Origin: Halarcobacter sp.
GTDB lineage: Bacteria > Campylobacterota > Campylobacteria > Campylobacterales > Arcobacteraceae
NCBI GenBank assembly: GCA_048571215.1
Contig: CP182352.1
Span: 224,001 to 288,000, forward strand
DNA: 64,000 nucleotides
Direction: 5' to 3'
Shown here: positions 49,140-60,775 of the stretch, piece after piece
Position numbering within the stretch: position 1 is the stretch's first letter
Layout of the letters: each line of letters begins with the position of its first letter
The notes under the pieces: generated by a model
Database searches by the model: none
Seen by the model: the letters and a program-made list of their open reading frames with translations, nothing else
What the model was told of the DNA's origin: nothing
Position numbers and translations under genes: made by a program

Positions 49140-50006
49140 TTGAAATTAACTACAAGTACAGAAAAATTAAAAAATTGTAAAAGAGCAGGTATTATTTTAA
49201 AACCTGATTCTCCTGAAATAAAAAAAGATTACGAAAAAATAAAAAACTGTTTTGAAACTTTTAGTATAGAAGTAGTGCTTGAAAAAAATAGTGCTACGAT
49301 GATAAATGAAGATGGGCTTTTGTTAAGTGATTTATGTAAAGAGGTTGATTTATTAGTATCTATTGGTGGAGATGGAACACTTCTTTCAGTTGTTAGAAAC
49401 TCTTTTGAGTTTGATTTGCCAATTTTAGGTATTCATATGGGAACATTAGGTTTTTTAACAGATATTGTATATGAAGAGTTACCCACATTTTTAAAAGATT
49501 TAAAAAATAATCAATATAGAATAGATAATAGAATGTTGGTAGAGTGTAGGGTAAATGATAAGTGTTTTGTTGCTTTTAATGATCTTGTAATCTCAAGAAA
49601 AACAGTTTCTTCTATGATTAAGATACGAGCAAAGATAGATGGCAGTTCATTTAATACCTATTATGGAGATGGAGTGATTATATCTACCCCTACAGGCTCT
49701 ACAGCTTATAATCTATCAGTTGGAGGACCCATTGTATTTCCTTTAACAGAAGCTTTTATTATAACCCCTGTAGCACCTCATAGTTTGACCCAAAGACCTT
49801 TAGTGATGCCAGCAGATATAGAAATAGAGTTTAAAATAAAAGATGAACAAGGTGCAGTTTTATTAATAGATGGGCAAGATACCTTTGAGGTTGAAAATAA
49901 TGATATTATTAAAGTTACAATTGCAAGAAAAAAAGCAAAATTAATACATAGAACAAAAAGAGATTTTTTCAAAGTATTAAATGAAAAACTAAGATGGGGA
50001 AATTAA
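49140..50006 (+). CDS. nadK: NAD kinase
   Basis: GGDGT, GTLGFL, ND, STPTGSTAYNLSVGG. Confidence 0.95.
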   Translation: MKLTTSTEKLKNCKRAGIILKPDSPEIKKDYEKIKNCFETFSIEVVLEKNSATMINEDGLLLSDLCKEVDLLVSIGGDGTLLSVVRNSFEFDLPILGIHMGTLGFLTDIVYEELPTFLKDLKNNQYRIDNRMLVECRVNDKCFVAFNDLVISRKTVSSMIKIRAKIDGSSFNTYYGDGVIISTPTGSTAYNLSVGGPIVFPLTEAFIITPVAPHSLTQRPLVMPADIEIEFKIKDEQGAVLLIDGQDTFEVENNDIIKVTIARKKAKLIHRTKRDFFKVLNEKLRWGN

Positions 50007-50012
50007 TCCAAT

Positions 50013-51560
50013 ATGATTAATAGAATATATTTAAAAGAGTTTTTATCTTTCCAAGAGGTTGATTTAGAACTAAAAAATGGTTTAGTGGTATTTACAGGTC
50101 CAAGTGGGGCTGGTAAATCTGTTTTGATGCAAAATATCCTTTCTTTGTTTGCTATAACTGATAGTAAGGCAAGTTTAGGGGAAGTAAATCTTTGTAATCT
50201 AAATATTGAAAATGAAGCCTATGATATACAAAAAGATGACGATATCATCATAAAGCAGATAAAAAAAGACAAAATAAGATATTTTTTAAACGCTCAAACA
50301 ATATCAAAAAAAACACTAAAAGAGTTTTCAAAAGTTGTAGTTAAGCATTTACATTTAAAAGATACAAGTGATTTTGATAGTGATAAGCTTATAGAGTTTA
50401 TAGACTCCTTATGTGTAAAGAGTTCACCAGAATTTAAAGAATTAAAATCTAGTTTTTTAGAAAATTTTGAGAGTTTACAAAAAATAAAAATAGAGTTAAA
50501 AAAGATAAATGATGATGAGTCAAAACTTGAAGATTTAAAAGAGTTTGCAAAGTTTGAAATAGAAAAAATAGAATCAATAAATCCACAAATTGATGAATAT
50601 GAAGAGCTAAGTGAGATAAAAAAAAGATTATCAAAAAAAGAGAAAATACAAGAAGCAATAGAAAAAGCTGCACCTTTGTTTTCTTATTCTAATTCAGTTA
50701 ATACAGCTTTAGACTTACTTGATGAAGATAGTTCATTTTTTGATGAGGCTATAAATGAATTAAATAATATTTTTGAAAGATTCAATGATTCTTTGGGTGA
50801 ACTTGAAGAGTTAGATATAGAAAATGTACTTGATAGAATTGAAAAACTATCAGGTTTACAAAAAAGGTTTGGTTCTATAAAAGAGGCTTTGGAGTATAAA
50901 AATAAAAAACAAGAGGAGTTAGATTCTTATGAAAATATCTCCTTTGAGAAATCACTTTTAGAAAAAAAACAAAAAGAGTTAAGTGAAAATATTCAAAAGC
51001 AAGTAGAAAAGTTAAGCTCTTTTAGAAAAGAGACTATAAAAATAGTTGAAGAGAAGATTAACTACTATTTAAAATATCTATATTTGTCAAATGCAAAAAT
51101 CCACTTACAAGAAAAAAAGCTTGATAAAACTGGAGTAGATGAGTTTGTATTTGAGCTAAATGGAGTAAATCTTGATACTATTAGTAGTGGAGAGTTCAAC
51201 AGACTAAGATTAGCACTTTTAACAACTATTAGTGAGTTTGATATAGTTGAAAATGGGATTTTATTTTTAGATGAGATTGATGCAAACTTAAGTGGTAAAG
51301 AAAGTTCTGCAATTGCAAAAGTTTTGGATAAACTATCAAAATCTTATCAAATTTTTGCTATTTCCCATCAACCACAACTAACATCAACTGCAAATCAACA
51401 CTTCTTAGTAGATAAAAAAGATGGACAATCTATTGTAAAAGAGTTAGATAAAAACACAAGGATAGATGAGATTGCTAGAATGATTAGTGGGGAAGATATA
51501 AGTAATGAGGCATACACTTTTGCTAAAAACTTATTAGATGATAAAAAAGAGTCTATTTAA
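50013..51560 (+). CDS. recN: DNA repair protein RecN
   Basis: TGPSGAGKS, coiled coils, SSGEFNRL, FLDEIDANLSG, ISHQPQ; follows nadK. Confidence 0.92.
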   Translation: MINRIYLKEFLSFQEVDLELKNGLVVFTGPSGAGKSVLMQNILSLFAITDSKASLGEVNLCNLNIENEAYDIQKDDDIIIKQIKKDKIRYFLNAQTISKKTLKEFSKVVVKHLHLKDTSDFDSDKLIEFIDSLCVKSSPEFKELKSSFLENFESLQKIKIELKKINDDESKLEDLKEFAKFEIEKIESINPQIDEYEELSEIKKRLSKKEKIQEAIEKAAPLFSYSNSVNTALDLLDEDSSFFDEAINELNNIFERFNDSLGELEELDIENVLDRIEKLSGLQKRFGSIKEALEYKNKKQEELDSYENISFEKSLLEKKQKELSENIQKQVEKLSSFRKETIKIVEEKINYYLKYLYLSNAKIHLQEKKLDKTGVDEFVFELNGVNLDTISSGEFNRLRLALLTTISEFDIVENGILFLDEIDANLSGKESSAIAKVLDKLSKSYQIFAISHQPQLTSTANQHFLVDKKDGQSIVKELDKNTRIDEIARMISGEDISNEAYTFAKNLLDDKKESI

Positions 51561-53478
51561 CTTCAAACTCTTTTATCATATTATCAACCAAAATTTGCAC
51601 CTTTGCTTTTTGGTTTTTGGTATTTGCTTTATCTGGCAAAGTTTTTAAGTTTTCATGAAATTTATTCAAAAAATTTAATATATATTTAGCCTTTCTATGG
51701 GGATTATTTACATGGGCATTTAGTTCAATTAACTCTAAAACAAAATCAACATACCCTAAAAAAGCTGCATAGTTTATAGGTAAAACTCCAAATTTATCTA
51801 CCTCATTTAGTAGTTTTTTGTTGTATGGATATACTTGTTTAAACACTTTAAGATTGTTTTTCCATATGGCATTATGTATTAGGTTTCTACCTCTACTATC
51901 AATAGCATTTATATTAGCCCCAGAATGAATTAGTAGTTTTATTGCAATTTGGTCACAATTTAATATAGCCTTATGTAAAGTTATCCCTCCATAAGAGTCT
52001 TTTGAATTAACATCAGCTCCAAGCATAATAATAGAGTGTAAAATATTTTGATATGCTCTTAATTCAATATCTGTTGAGCAGTTTTGATTTTCATCCATAC
52101 AATTATAGATTATATTTTCATCATTTATATTTTTTTGGTTTATTTCTGCCCCATATTTAATCAGAAGTTTACATAATTCTAAGTTTTTATACCTTATGGC
52201 ATCAAAAAAATATGGTTCTCCTTTTGAGTTTAGTAAGCTTAGATTAACTTCTGCATTTATTAATATACCTGTCAAAATTGTTTTATAATCTGATTTAAAA
52301 TCTAACTCTTTTTTTTGGGAACCTTTTATTTTTTTGCCATTTTGTAGTGCTAAAATAGCATCAATGATTTTTTCAATAATAGTTTTTTCGTTTTTATCTT
52401 TTATATTAGTACTTGCTCCATAATCTAAAAGTAGGCTTGTTACATCCAAAAACTCTTCACCTTTTATTGTAACCTCACTTAACGCAGTTTCATTGTGTCT
52501 ATTTAAAACATCAATATTCACTTCAAAATCTAAAAGTTCAGTTAAAACATCTAAAGCTTTATTTTTAGCTGCAAAGGAGATAATAGTCTCATTTTTATTA
52601 TTACAAATACTTGTATCTATCTCTTCTTCAATTAATACTGAAATAAAATCAATAAGATTTTGTATCTCTAGGTGCTCTCTATTCTTATCTTTTATTTTAT
52701 TGTTTTGGTAATACTCTTTTCTTTTAATGATATATTTTACTAGGTGAAGTAATATATTGTTTCCTTCAATATCAATACTATTAATATCTAGACCAAATTT
52801 CAATAAAAAGAAAAACAACTCTTCACTTTTTTTACCATTTTCTACTAAATAAAAAAGTAAAGATCTACCATAAGAATCCGTTATATTTGGATTTGGAAAA
52901 AATTTTAATATGGAGTTTAATATCTCAAAATTTGAAAAGGTATGTTTATAAAAAAGTATATCTTGGTGTTTTATAAAGCTTTTATCTTCAAGTAAGTCAT
53001 TTATAATATTAAGGTTTTGTGCATGAATCGCTAGATGAAGCAGGGTTAAGTTTTGTGAATTTCTTCTGTTTATATTATCCATTTGAGGTTTTAGTTGTTT
53101 AAAAACATCAAAGTGATTATTTAGTATAGCAAACTCAATTGCAGTATAGCCACTTTGATTCTCAAAATTTACATTTGCTCCAACCTTTAATAACTCATCA
53201 ACAATTTCACTATACCCATATTTGGAAGCAAGCATAATTGGTGTTTCTCCTGAATTATCAGCTGCATTATAATTAATACCATTTTTAAGAAGTGATTTTA
53301 CAGATTCTATAAGATTATTAGGGATAACTATATGTAAAAAATTTTGTAATTCACTATTTTTTTGATTGATATTTATATGTTGTAACATTGAGTTGACTTT
53401 TGTTTCATTAAAGTTTGTACTTTTCAACTCTTCTACAATATCTTCATATGTAGTTTTTTTAAATAATTTAGTTAGCAT
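51553..53478 (-). CDS. Ankyrin repeat protein
   Basis: Repeated GETPIMLA, GYTAIEFA, GITLHKA and GADVN / GANIN units. Confidence 0.9.
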   Translation of the reverse strand: MLTKLFKKTTYEDIVEELKSTNFNETKVNSMLQHININQKNSELQNFLHIVIPNNLIESVKSLLKNGINYNAADNSGETPIMLASKYGYSEIVDELLKVGANVNFENQSGYTAIEFAILNNHFDVFKQLKPQMDNINRRNSQNLTLLHLAIHAQNLNIINDLLEDKSFIKHQDILFYKHTFSNFEILNSILKFFPNPNITDSYGRSLLFYLVENGKKSEELFFFLLKFGLDINSIDIEGNNILLHLVKYIIKRKEYYQNNKIKDKNREHLEIQNLIDFISVLIEEEIDTSICNNKNETIISFAAKNKALDVLTELLDFEVNIDVLNRHNETALSEVTIKGEEFLDVTSLLLDYGASTNIKDKNEKTIIEKIIDAILALQNGKKIKGSQKKELDFKSDYKTILTGILINAEVNLSLLNSKGEPYFFDAIRYKNLELCKLLIKYGAEINQKNINDENIIYNCMDENQNCSTDIELRAYQNILHSIIMLGADVNSKDSYGGITLHKAILNCDQIAIKLLIHSGANINAIDSRGRNLIHNAIWKNNLKVFKQVYPYNKKLLNEVDKFGVLPINYAAFLGYVDFVLELIELNAHVNNPHRKAKYILNFLNKFHENLKTLPDKANTKNQKAKVQILVDNMIKEFEVK

Positions 53479-53621
53479 AAATCAAAACCTCTTACAATAT
53501 AGTTACATTTTAACATAGTTTATTAAAATAATATATTACACAGTCAAATCGAAATCAAATCACTTTACATTTAATTATAGTTAATGTAAAATTCTCGGAA
53601 TATACTATATCAAGGGGACAA

Positions 53622-56516
53622 ATGAAGAATTTATCTATTAAAGCAAAACTTCTATTAATTTCATTGTTTGCAATTGTAATTATAGCACTACTAACAGCTG
53701 TTGAATCTATATATTCAATAAAAGTACTTTCAAAAAAAAATATTGAAGAGTATAGAACTGAATCTTATACAAAAAAAGAGAATGAATTGAAAAACTATAT
53801 TTCTCTTGCAATGAAAACAGTTAATTCGTATTATGAAAGAACTGCAATTGATAAGGTAAAAATTGAAGTTCAAGATGAATTAGATAAACAAACAGGGTTC
53901 CTTTTTTCAATTTTAAATTCTGAATATAAAAGGCTTAATGGACTTATTTCTGATGAAGAGTTAAAGTCAAGATTAAAAAGTATAGTAGAGGGAACTAGAT
54001 ATGGAGAATCTGGCTATTTTTGGATAAATGATTTGGATGCAGTTATTGTAATGCATCCAATAAAGCCTGTACTTAATGGCAAAGATCTAAGTGAATTTAA
54101 AGATAAAGCTGGAAAACAGATTTTTAGTGAGTTTGCAAAAATTGCAAAAGCAAAGGGTGATGGGTTTGTAGATTATGTTTGGCCAAAACCAGGATTTGAA
54201 GAACCACAACCAAAAGTATCTTATGTAAAACTTTTCAAACCTTATAATTGGGTTATAGGTACAGGAGAGTATGTATCTGATGTTTCATCAAGTTTAAAAA
54301 CCGATGCTTTAAAAGCTATTGGAAATATGGCTTATGGAAAAAGTGGATATTTTTGGATAAATGATTCTAAGGCAAAAATGATTATGCATCCAATCAAACC
54401 CTCTTTAGATGGAAAAGATTTATCAAAGGTTAAAGACCCTAATGGAAAGCTATTATTTTCAGAGATGGCTAAGGTAGCAGAAAAAAATGCAGCTGGTGGC
54501 TTTGTTAAATATATGTGGGAAAAACCAGGTAAAACTAAGCCTCAACCAAAACTATCATTTGTACAAAAATTTGAACCTTGGGATTGGATTATAGGAACAG
54601 GAGAGTATGTAGATAATATTGAAGAAAATATTGTTAAAATGCAAGAACACACTGATGAACAAATAAGTTCAATCATTACAAAAATATCAATCTTTACAAT
54701 TGTATCTATTTTTATAATCTATTTAGTTTACTCATTTTTAATAAAACGACTTATTATAAATCCACTTGAATATTTAGATGAAGCTATAAATGATGTTTCT
54801 TCTGGAAATAGTGAAAATAAAGAGATTAAAAAACTTTCAAATGATGAGATTGGAAAAGTTGTAGATAGTTTCAATGCTTATATTAAAAAACTTCAAGATG
54901 GTTATGCCCAAGATGCAAAAGTTATTGAAGAAGTTGAAAATATTATCCAAAAAGTTAATAATGGTTTTTATGTATACAAGGTTGAAAAAAACTCTGATAA
55001 TCCACTTATTCAAAAGCTAAGAGAGTCTATAAACTCAATGATTGATGCAACAAATAAAAAACTTGAAGAGATTAATAATATCTTATTGCATTATGGTAAT
55101 TCTGATTTTGAATATAAGTCAAAAGAAGAGAATATATCTTCAAATGGTATTATTGGTTCAATTTTAACTAGTAGTAAACAGCTAGGTTCTACAGTATCTG
55201 AATTTTTATCTATGATTGTAACAACTGGTGAAAAGTTAAATAATGATATTGATGTATTATCAACTTCATCAAATAAATTATCATCTTCTGCAAATGAACA
55301 AGCTGCATCACTTGAAGAAACAGCAGCTGCCGTTGAAGAGATAACTTCTATTATTAAATCAAGTAATGAAAAAGTTGAAAGAATGTCTATATTGGCAAAT
55401 GAGTTAAATAAATCATCAAAAGATGGTGAAGAGTTAGCTTCTAAAACAACATATGCTATGGATGATATAGATAAGCAAGTAAAATCGATAACTGATGCAA
55501 TTACAGTTATTGACCAAATTGCTTTCCAAACAAACATACTTTCTCTAAATGCAGCAGTAGAAGCAGCAACAGCTGGGGAAGCTGGAAAAGGTTTTGCAGT
55601 TGTTGCTCAAGAGGTTAGAAATCTAGCTTCAAGAAGTGCAGAAGCTGCAAAAGAGATAAAAAGTATAGTTGAATCGGCAACAGCAAAGGCAAATGAGGGG
55701 AAACTTATTGCTAATGATATGATTGGTGGTTATAATGAGTTAAATAGTAAAATTAGTGAAACTATAGAACTTATATCTGATGTTACAACAGCAAGTAAAG
55801 AACAAGAAACTGGAATTGTACAAATTAATGATGTTGTCAATTCATTAGATAGAGCAACACAGGTTAATGCTTCTTCTGCAACGGAAATATCTACTTTATC
55901 AAATGAGGTTACAAGTTTATCAAAAGATCTACTTAGCATTGCAGATAGAGCAAAATTTGATATAAATAAAAAAGAGCAAATTTGTGATATAGATTTGGTA
56001 TTTCAAATTTCAAAACTAAAAAATGACCACATAATTTTCAAAAATACCAACTTTGCAAAAGTTGGAAGTTTTACAACTTGGAGTGTAAAATCATGTAAAG
56101 AGTGTGATTTTGGTAAATGGATAGTTGAACAAGAGAATAAACAAATGGATTTTACTAAAACTCCTAATTGGGTAACTATGAAAGACTATCATGAAAAAGT
56201 TCATAAAACAGTACATGAATATATTGAAGAAAACGCAAAAAAAGTTTCTAATAGTAAGCTTGAAGAGATTTCAAAAAGATTAGAAGAATCAACTTCTGCA
56301 CTTTTTGATAAAATGGATATTTTAAAGGTTGAACACTGTAAACTAGTGGGTAATTCTAAAAATACAACAAAAACTTCAAATACAACTGTTGAAGATAAAA
56401 ATTTTGATAAAATAGAGACAAAAAAAGATAATAAACAAAAAATAAAACCTGCAACAAACCCAATAAAAAAAGTTGTTGAAAATAGTAATAGTGACGATGA
56501 ATGGGAGAGTTTTTAA
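53622..56516 (+). CDS. Chemoreceptor: two sCache_2-like units, HAMP, MA, C-terminal CZB domain and EWESF pentapeptide
   Basis: YFWIND...MHPIKP twice; MA tip motif; NDH, CDFGKW, HEKVH zinc ligands; ends DDEWESF. Confidence 0.92.
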   Translation: MKNLSIKAKLLLISLFAIVIIALLTAVESIYSIKVLSKKNIEEYRTESYTKKENELKNYISLAMKTVNSYYERTAIDKVKIEVQDELDKQTGFLFSILNSEYKRLNGLISDEELKSRLKSIVEGTRYGESGYFWINDLDAVIVMHPIKPVLNGKDLSEFKDKAGKQIFSEFAKIAKAKGDGFVDYVWPKPGFEEPQPKVSYVKLFKPYNWVIGTGEYVSDVSSSLKTDALKAIGNMAYGKSGYFWINDSKAKMIMHPIKPSLDGKDLSKVKDPNGKLLFSEMAKVAEKNAAGGFVKYMWEKPGKTKPQPKLSFVQKFEPWDWIIGTGEYVDNIEENIVKMQEHTDEQISSIITKISIFTIVSIFIIYLVYSFLIKRLIINPLEYLDEAINDVSSGNSENKEIKKLSNDEIGKVVDSFNAYIKKLQDGYAQDAKVIEEVENIIQKVNNGFYVYKVEKNSDNPLIQKLRESINSMIDATNKKLEEINNILLHYGNSDFEYKSKEENISSNGIIGSILTSSKQLGSTVSEFLSMIVTTGEKLNNDIDVLSTSSNKLSSSANEQAASLEETAAAVEEITSIIKSSNEKVERMSILANELNKSSKDGEELASKTTYAMDDIDKQVKSITDAITVIDQIAFQTNILSLNAAVEAATAGEAGKGFAVVAQEVRNLASRSAEAAKEIKSIVESATAKANEGKLIANDMIGGYNELNSKISETIELISDVTTASKEQETGIVQINDVVNSLDRATQVNASSATEISTLSNEVTSLSKDLLSIADRAKFDINKKEQICDIDLVFQISKLKNDHIIFKNTNFAKVGSFTTWSVKSCKECDFGKWIVEQENKQMDFTKTPNWVTMKDYHEKVHKTVHEYIEENAKKVSNSKLEEISKRLEESTSALFDKMDILKVEHCKLVGNSKNTTKTSNTTVEDKNFDKIETKKDNKQKIKPATNPIKKVVENSNSDDEWESF

Positions 56517-56549
56517 GTCTTTAGTGTCTAGATAAGATTAGGAGTAGCT

Positions 56550-59474
56550 ATGAAAGAGTTTAATCAAAGACTACATTTAAAAGTGATTTTTATAGCTATT
56601 CCTTTGTCTTTAATGCTTATTTTCTTTGTGTTTAGATATAGTGAAAATACATTTTTAAAATCTTATATTTCTCATATCAATAGCCAGTATATATTACTTG
56701 AAGATAGAATCAATAACTTTTTAATTGATAAAGATGCTTTTATGTCTTTGCTGATATCTCACAATAATATACAGAATTTTTTAAAAAATCAAAGTGAAAA
56801 AAATCAAATAAAAGTAGAACAGTTATTTTTAAAGCAAGTAAAAATTCAAAAAAATATTATGCAACTAAGGATTGTCTCTGCTAAAGGTATGGAGTTAATT
56901 AGGGTTGATAGAGTTGAAAACAATAATATAAAAATAATAGAGAAAAAAGATTTACAAGATAAATCAAACAGGGATTATTTTAAAAGATTTGTAAAATTAA
57001 AACCTAATAACATGGGTGTTTCCTCTTTAGATTTAAATGTAGAACGTGGAAAAATAGAAATACCCTTTAAAGCGACCCTTAGAGTTTCAATGCCCATATA
57101 TAGACAAAATAAACTTCAAGCTTTGATTATCATCAATTATAATATGAATGAGTGGTTGGATGAGTTTGAAAAAGTAGCTTTTTTAAAGTTTTATATGGTT
57201 GATAAAGATGGATATTTTATTTTACATCCTAATAAAAACTTGCAATGGTCTAAATATCAAAAAGATAAATTAAATATAAAAGATAAGTTTAATCTTGATG
57301 TTAAAACCTTTTTAGATACTAACAAATTAATAAAAGTAGATAATTTTTTAGGAAGAAAACTTAAGTTTTTCAATAATGAAGAGAATATTATTTTATATGA
57401 TTTAGATACTGATTTAGGTCTAACTAACTATTTGTATCACTCAAAATTACTTGGGATTGCACTATTTATTAGTATTCTTCTAATTCTTTTGCCCTTTTCA
57501 AAAATCTTGTATGAGTATTTCAAAAAGTTAAAAGCTTTAAATCTAGAATTAGTAAACAATGAAGATAAGATAAAAAGAATTTTAGATAACACTTTTGATG
57601 CAATTATTATGATAAATCAAAAAGGTATTATTCAAAGTGCAAACAATGCTGCTCAAAAGATATTTTTATATGAAAAAAGTGAATTAATAGGAAAAAATGT
57701 AAATATAATTGTACCTGAACCACACCATTCAAATCATGATTCTTATTTAAAAAAACATGATAAACAGATGAAAACAAAAGTAATAGGTTTAGAAAGAGAG
57801 CTTTTTGGTTGTGATAAAAGTGGGAATCTAATTCCTGTTAATATTGCAATTACAAAACTACAAATTAAAGATGAGTTGTTTTTTATAGGAACTATTAGAG
57901 ATCTAAGGGATGAAAAACGTAGTAAAAAACTTTTTCAAAATGTTTTTGATAATACCCCATTAGGTATGGCATTGGTTTTAAAAGATGGCTCTTTTTGGCA
58001 ACTTAATAATAGTTTTTGTAATATTGTAGGATATTCAAATGATGAATTAAAACATCTTACTTTTCAAGATATTACCTATGCAGATGATTTAAATATAGAT
58101 TTAGAATTGGTTCAAAAACTAATAAATAAAGAATCTGATTCTTATAGTTTAGAAAAAAGATATATTCATAAAGATGGACATATAGTGTGGGTAAATTTAA
58201 ATGTCACCCCATTTTTTATGGATGAAAATAAAACTGAGATAGATTTTTTTATTGCTGCAATTGAAGATATTACAAAGAAAAAAGAGATTATATCAAATCT
58301 AGAATTGACAAAAGATAGACTTCTTGAAGCGGAAGAGGTATCCCAAACTGGACACTGGGATTGGAATGCAAAAGAGGATTATCTATATTGGTCTGATGTT
58401 ATGTTAAGAATCTTTGGAAAAACAAAAGATAGTTTTAAAGAGAATTATGAAGACTTTATAGCTTGTGTTTATGAAGAGGATAGAGAGTTTGTAGATGCTA
58501 GTATTAAAGAGTGTTTTAAAAGTAATAAGCCTTATAATTTAGAATATAGAATATTAGTAAATGAAAAAATTAAATATATCAAAGCACAAGGAAAAGTGAT
58601 TTATCACAATGATATACCTATCAAAATGTTTGGAACTTGCCAAGATGTTACAGAGTTAAAGATTTTAATTGACAAAGAGAAGAAACAAGAGTATTTGATT
58701 ATGCAACAAGCTAAATTAGTTTCAATGGGAGAAATGGTTGCTGCAATTGCCCACCAATGGAGGCAACCTCTTAACTCTATAGGTTTAGCAATTCAAGATA
58801 TATTATATGCATACAAGTATGGAGAGGTTGATGAAAGCTATCTTAAAAATTTAAAAGATGAGGTGATGGGACAACTTAATTATATGTCTCAAACTATTGA
58901 TGAGTTTAGAAGTTTTTTCAAAAAAAGTAATATAGTAAATAAGTTTAATATAGTAAATGCTATGGAGGAGATAAAAACTTTTTATAGAGCCCAATTAACA
59001 AAATCAAAAATTCATCTAAATATAAAATGTAAAGTAGATAGTGAGTATATATTAATAGAAGATTTAGAAAAAAATGAAAAAGATAAGTTTATTATTACTT
59101 CAAAAGTATCAGAATTGAAACAAATAGTTATTAATTTTATTTCAAATGCGAAAGATGCGATTGAAAAATTAGATTCAGAAGACCTGAATGAAAAACAAAT
59201 TGAATTAATAATCGAAAAACAAAATGATAAAATCAAAATTTCTGTAAATGATTTTGCCGGAGGAATCGATAAAAAGAATTTTCATAGAGTATTTGAGCCA
59301 TATTTTAGTACAAAAGAGATGGGTACAGGACTTGGACTTTATATAGCTAAAATGATTATAGAAAAATCATTAAAAGGTGAAATAGAACATAAAAATATAG
59401 AAACTCAAAAAGAATCTAAAGTCTATAAAGGAAGCTCTTTTTTTATCATTTTACCTTTGTCTATTGATAAATAA
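56550..59474 (+). CDS. Membrane sensor histidine kinase with periplasmic Cache-like and three PAS domains
   Basis: Two TM helices, PAS motifs (ELIGKNVN, EKRYIHKDG, GHWDW), IAHQWRQPL, N box, GTGLGL. Confidence 0.92.
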   Translation: MKEFNQRLHLKVIFIAIPLSLMLIFFVFRYSENTFLKSYISHINSQYILLEDRINNFLIDKDAFMSLLISHNNIQNFLKNQSEKNQIKVEQLFLKQVKIQKNIMQLRIVSAKGMELIRVDRVENNNIKIIEKKDLQDKSNRDYFKRFVKLKPNNMGVSSLDLNVERGKIEIPFKATLRVSMPIYRQNKLQALIIINYNMNEWLDEFEKVAFLKFYMVDKDGYFILHPNKNLQWSKYQKDKLNIKDKFNLDVKTFLDTNKLIKVDNFLGRKLKFFNNEENIILYDLDTDLGLTNYLYHSKLLGIALFISILLILLPFSKILYEYFKKLKALNLELVNNEDKIKRILDNTFDAIIMINQKGIIQSANNAAQKIFLYEKSELIGKNVNIIVPEPHHSNHDSYLKKHDKQMKTKVIGLERELFGCDKSGNLIPVNIAITKLQIKDELFFIGTIRDLRDEKRSKKLFQNVFDNTPLGMALVLKDGSFWQLNNSFCNIVGYSNDELKHLTFQDITYADDLNIDLELVQKLINKESDSYSLEKRYIHKDGHIVWVNLNVTPFFMDENKTEIDFFIAAIEDITKKKEIISNLELTKDRLLEAEEVSQTGHWDWNAKEDYLYWSDVMLRIFGKTKDSFKENYEDFIACVYEEDREFVDASIKECFKSNKPYNLEYRILVNEKIKYIKAQGKVIYHNDIPIKMFGTCQDVTELKILIDKEKKQEYLIMQQAKLVSMGEMVAAIAHQWRQPLNSIGLAIQDILYAYKYGEVDESYLKNLKDEVMGQLNYMSQTIDEFRSFFKKSNIVNKFNIVNAMEEIKTFYRAQLTKSKIHLNIKCKVDSEYILIEDLEKNEKDKFIITSKVSELKQIVINFISNAKDAIEKLDSEDLNEKQIELIIEKQNDKIKISVNDFAGGIDKKNFHRVFEPYFSTKEMGTGLGLYIAKMIIEKSLKGEIEHKNIETQKESKVYKGSSFFIILPLSIDK

Positions 59475-59476
59475 TT

Positions 59477-60682
59477 TTAACTTTTATTTATAATATCTAA
59501 TAAATCTGTAACTCTTTTATTTTTTTTATTTAGTTCCTCTTCTAAGTTATTATATTTTTCTTTTAAAATTTTCAACTCCTCTTTCAAGTCGTAGTTTTCT
59601 GATGTTAAAGTATTAAGTTTTCTTTTTTTTAGTTCTATGGTATCAATATGAGTTTTTATCTCTTCATTTTTTGTAGTTATGATTTTCTCATACTTTGCAT
59701 TAGTATTTTCCATTTGTAACTCATAATGGGTTAATTGTCTTTCTTTGTTTAAAGCTCTTTCTTTTTCTATATTTAGTTGATGCTTACAAGTTTTTATATA
59801 GTTGTTTTCATCATTGATTTTTTTAGATAACTCTTCAATGATTTTTTTATACTCAGCTTCTTTTTTATTAGTTTCTTGAATATTCAGTAAAACTTTTCTT
59901 TGAAAATCTCTTTTTTTTATATTCTCTTGGGTAGTTAAAAAAGCAATAGTTATATATTCATCTTTTTTCATCCCTTTTATTTTAAAAACTGTGTTATTTA
60001 GATAAAAAACTTCTTTATTTTTTGAGATAAATTTAGTATCTCCTTTAAAAAGTTTTCCATCTTTTATTAAGCTCCAAGTGTCATTGATAAGCTTTTTAGG
60101 AATGCTTGGATGAATAATATCATTGAAGTTTAAAGTTTTTAAGTCTTCTATTGTAAAGTTTGATATCTCATGCATAGCCTTATTCATATAAGTGATTTGT
60201 CCATCTTCATACATTTTGAATATAAGGGCAACTGTATCAACTGCACTAATATAGTTTTCTATCTCTTTTTGTTTATCTAAAAGTCTTTTCTCAAAAAATA
60301 GTTTTTCGCAAAGTAGATCTATTTTTTGAAGTAGTTCATTTACATTTATTGGTTTTAGTATATAGTAATTTGCATTTAAATTTATAGCTTCACGTATAGT
60401 ATCTATATCTAATTTAGCAGTTATAAAGATAAAAGGTAAATATAAGTTATTTAGTCTAACTCTTTTTAAGAACTCTATTCCATCCATTTTAGGCATAGTG
60501 ATATCAGAGATTATTAAGTCAATATCTTTATGTATTTTATATATTTCTAAAGCCTCTTCCCCATTATTTGCCTCTAATATATTTTTAAAATATTTTCTTA
60601 AAGTATTTGCTAATATCTTTCTATCTGCATCTGAATCCTCTACTAAAAGTATCTTTATCTCTTGCAAGAACTGTGAATTCAA
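59477..60682 (-). CDS. Response regulator: REC-PAS-coiled coil, no recognisable DNA-binding output
   Basis: LLVEDS, SDITMPKMDG, LKP; PAS-like ITYMN..IIHP; long heptad tail; TTG start after AAGGGAG. Confidence 0.85.
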   Translation of the reverse strand: MNSQFLQEIKILLVEDSDADRKILANTLRKYFKNILEANNGEEALEIYKIHKDIDLIISDITMPKMDGIEFLKRVRLNNLYLPFIFITAKLDIDTIREAINLNANYYILKPINVNELLQKIDLLCEKLFFEKRLLDKQKEIENYISAVDTVALIFKMYEDGQITYMNKAMHEISNFTIEDLKTLNFNDIIHPSIPKKLINDTWSLIKDGKLFKGDTKFISKNKEVFYLNNTVFKIKGMKKDEYITIAFLTTQENIKKRDFQRKVLLNIQETNKKEAEYKKIIEELSKKINDENNYIKTCKHQLNIEKERALNKERQLTHYELQMENTNAKYEKIITTKNEEIKTHIDTIELKKRKLNTLTSENYDLKEELKILKEKYNNLEEELNKKNKRVTDLLDIINKS

Positions 60683-60775
60683 AGCAACTCCCTTTTAATA
60701 TAATTATTTATTATAACAAATTTTATTTTAAACAAAATTACAGTAAATTAATAGATAATTTTTAAAGGTAGTTTT

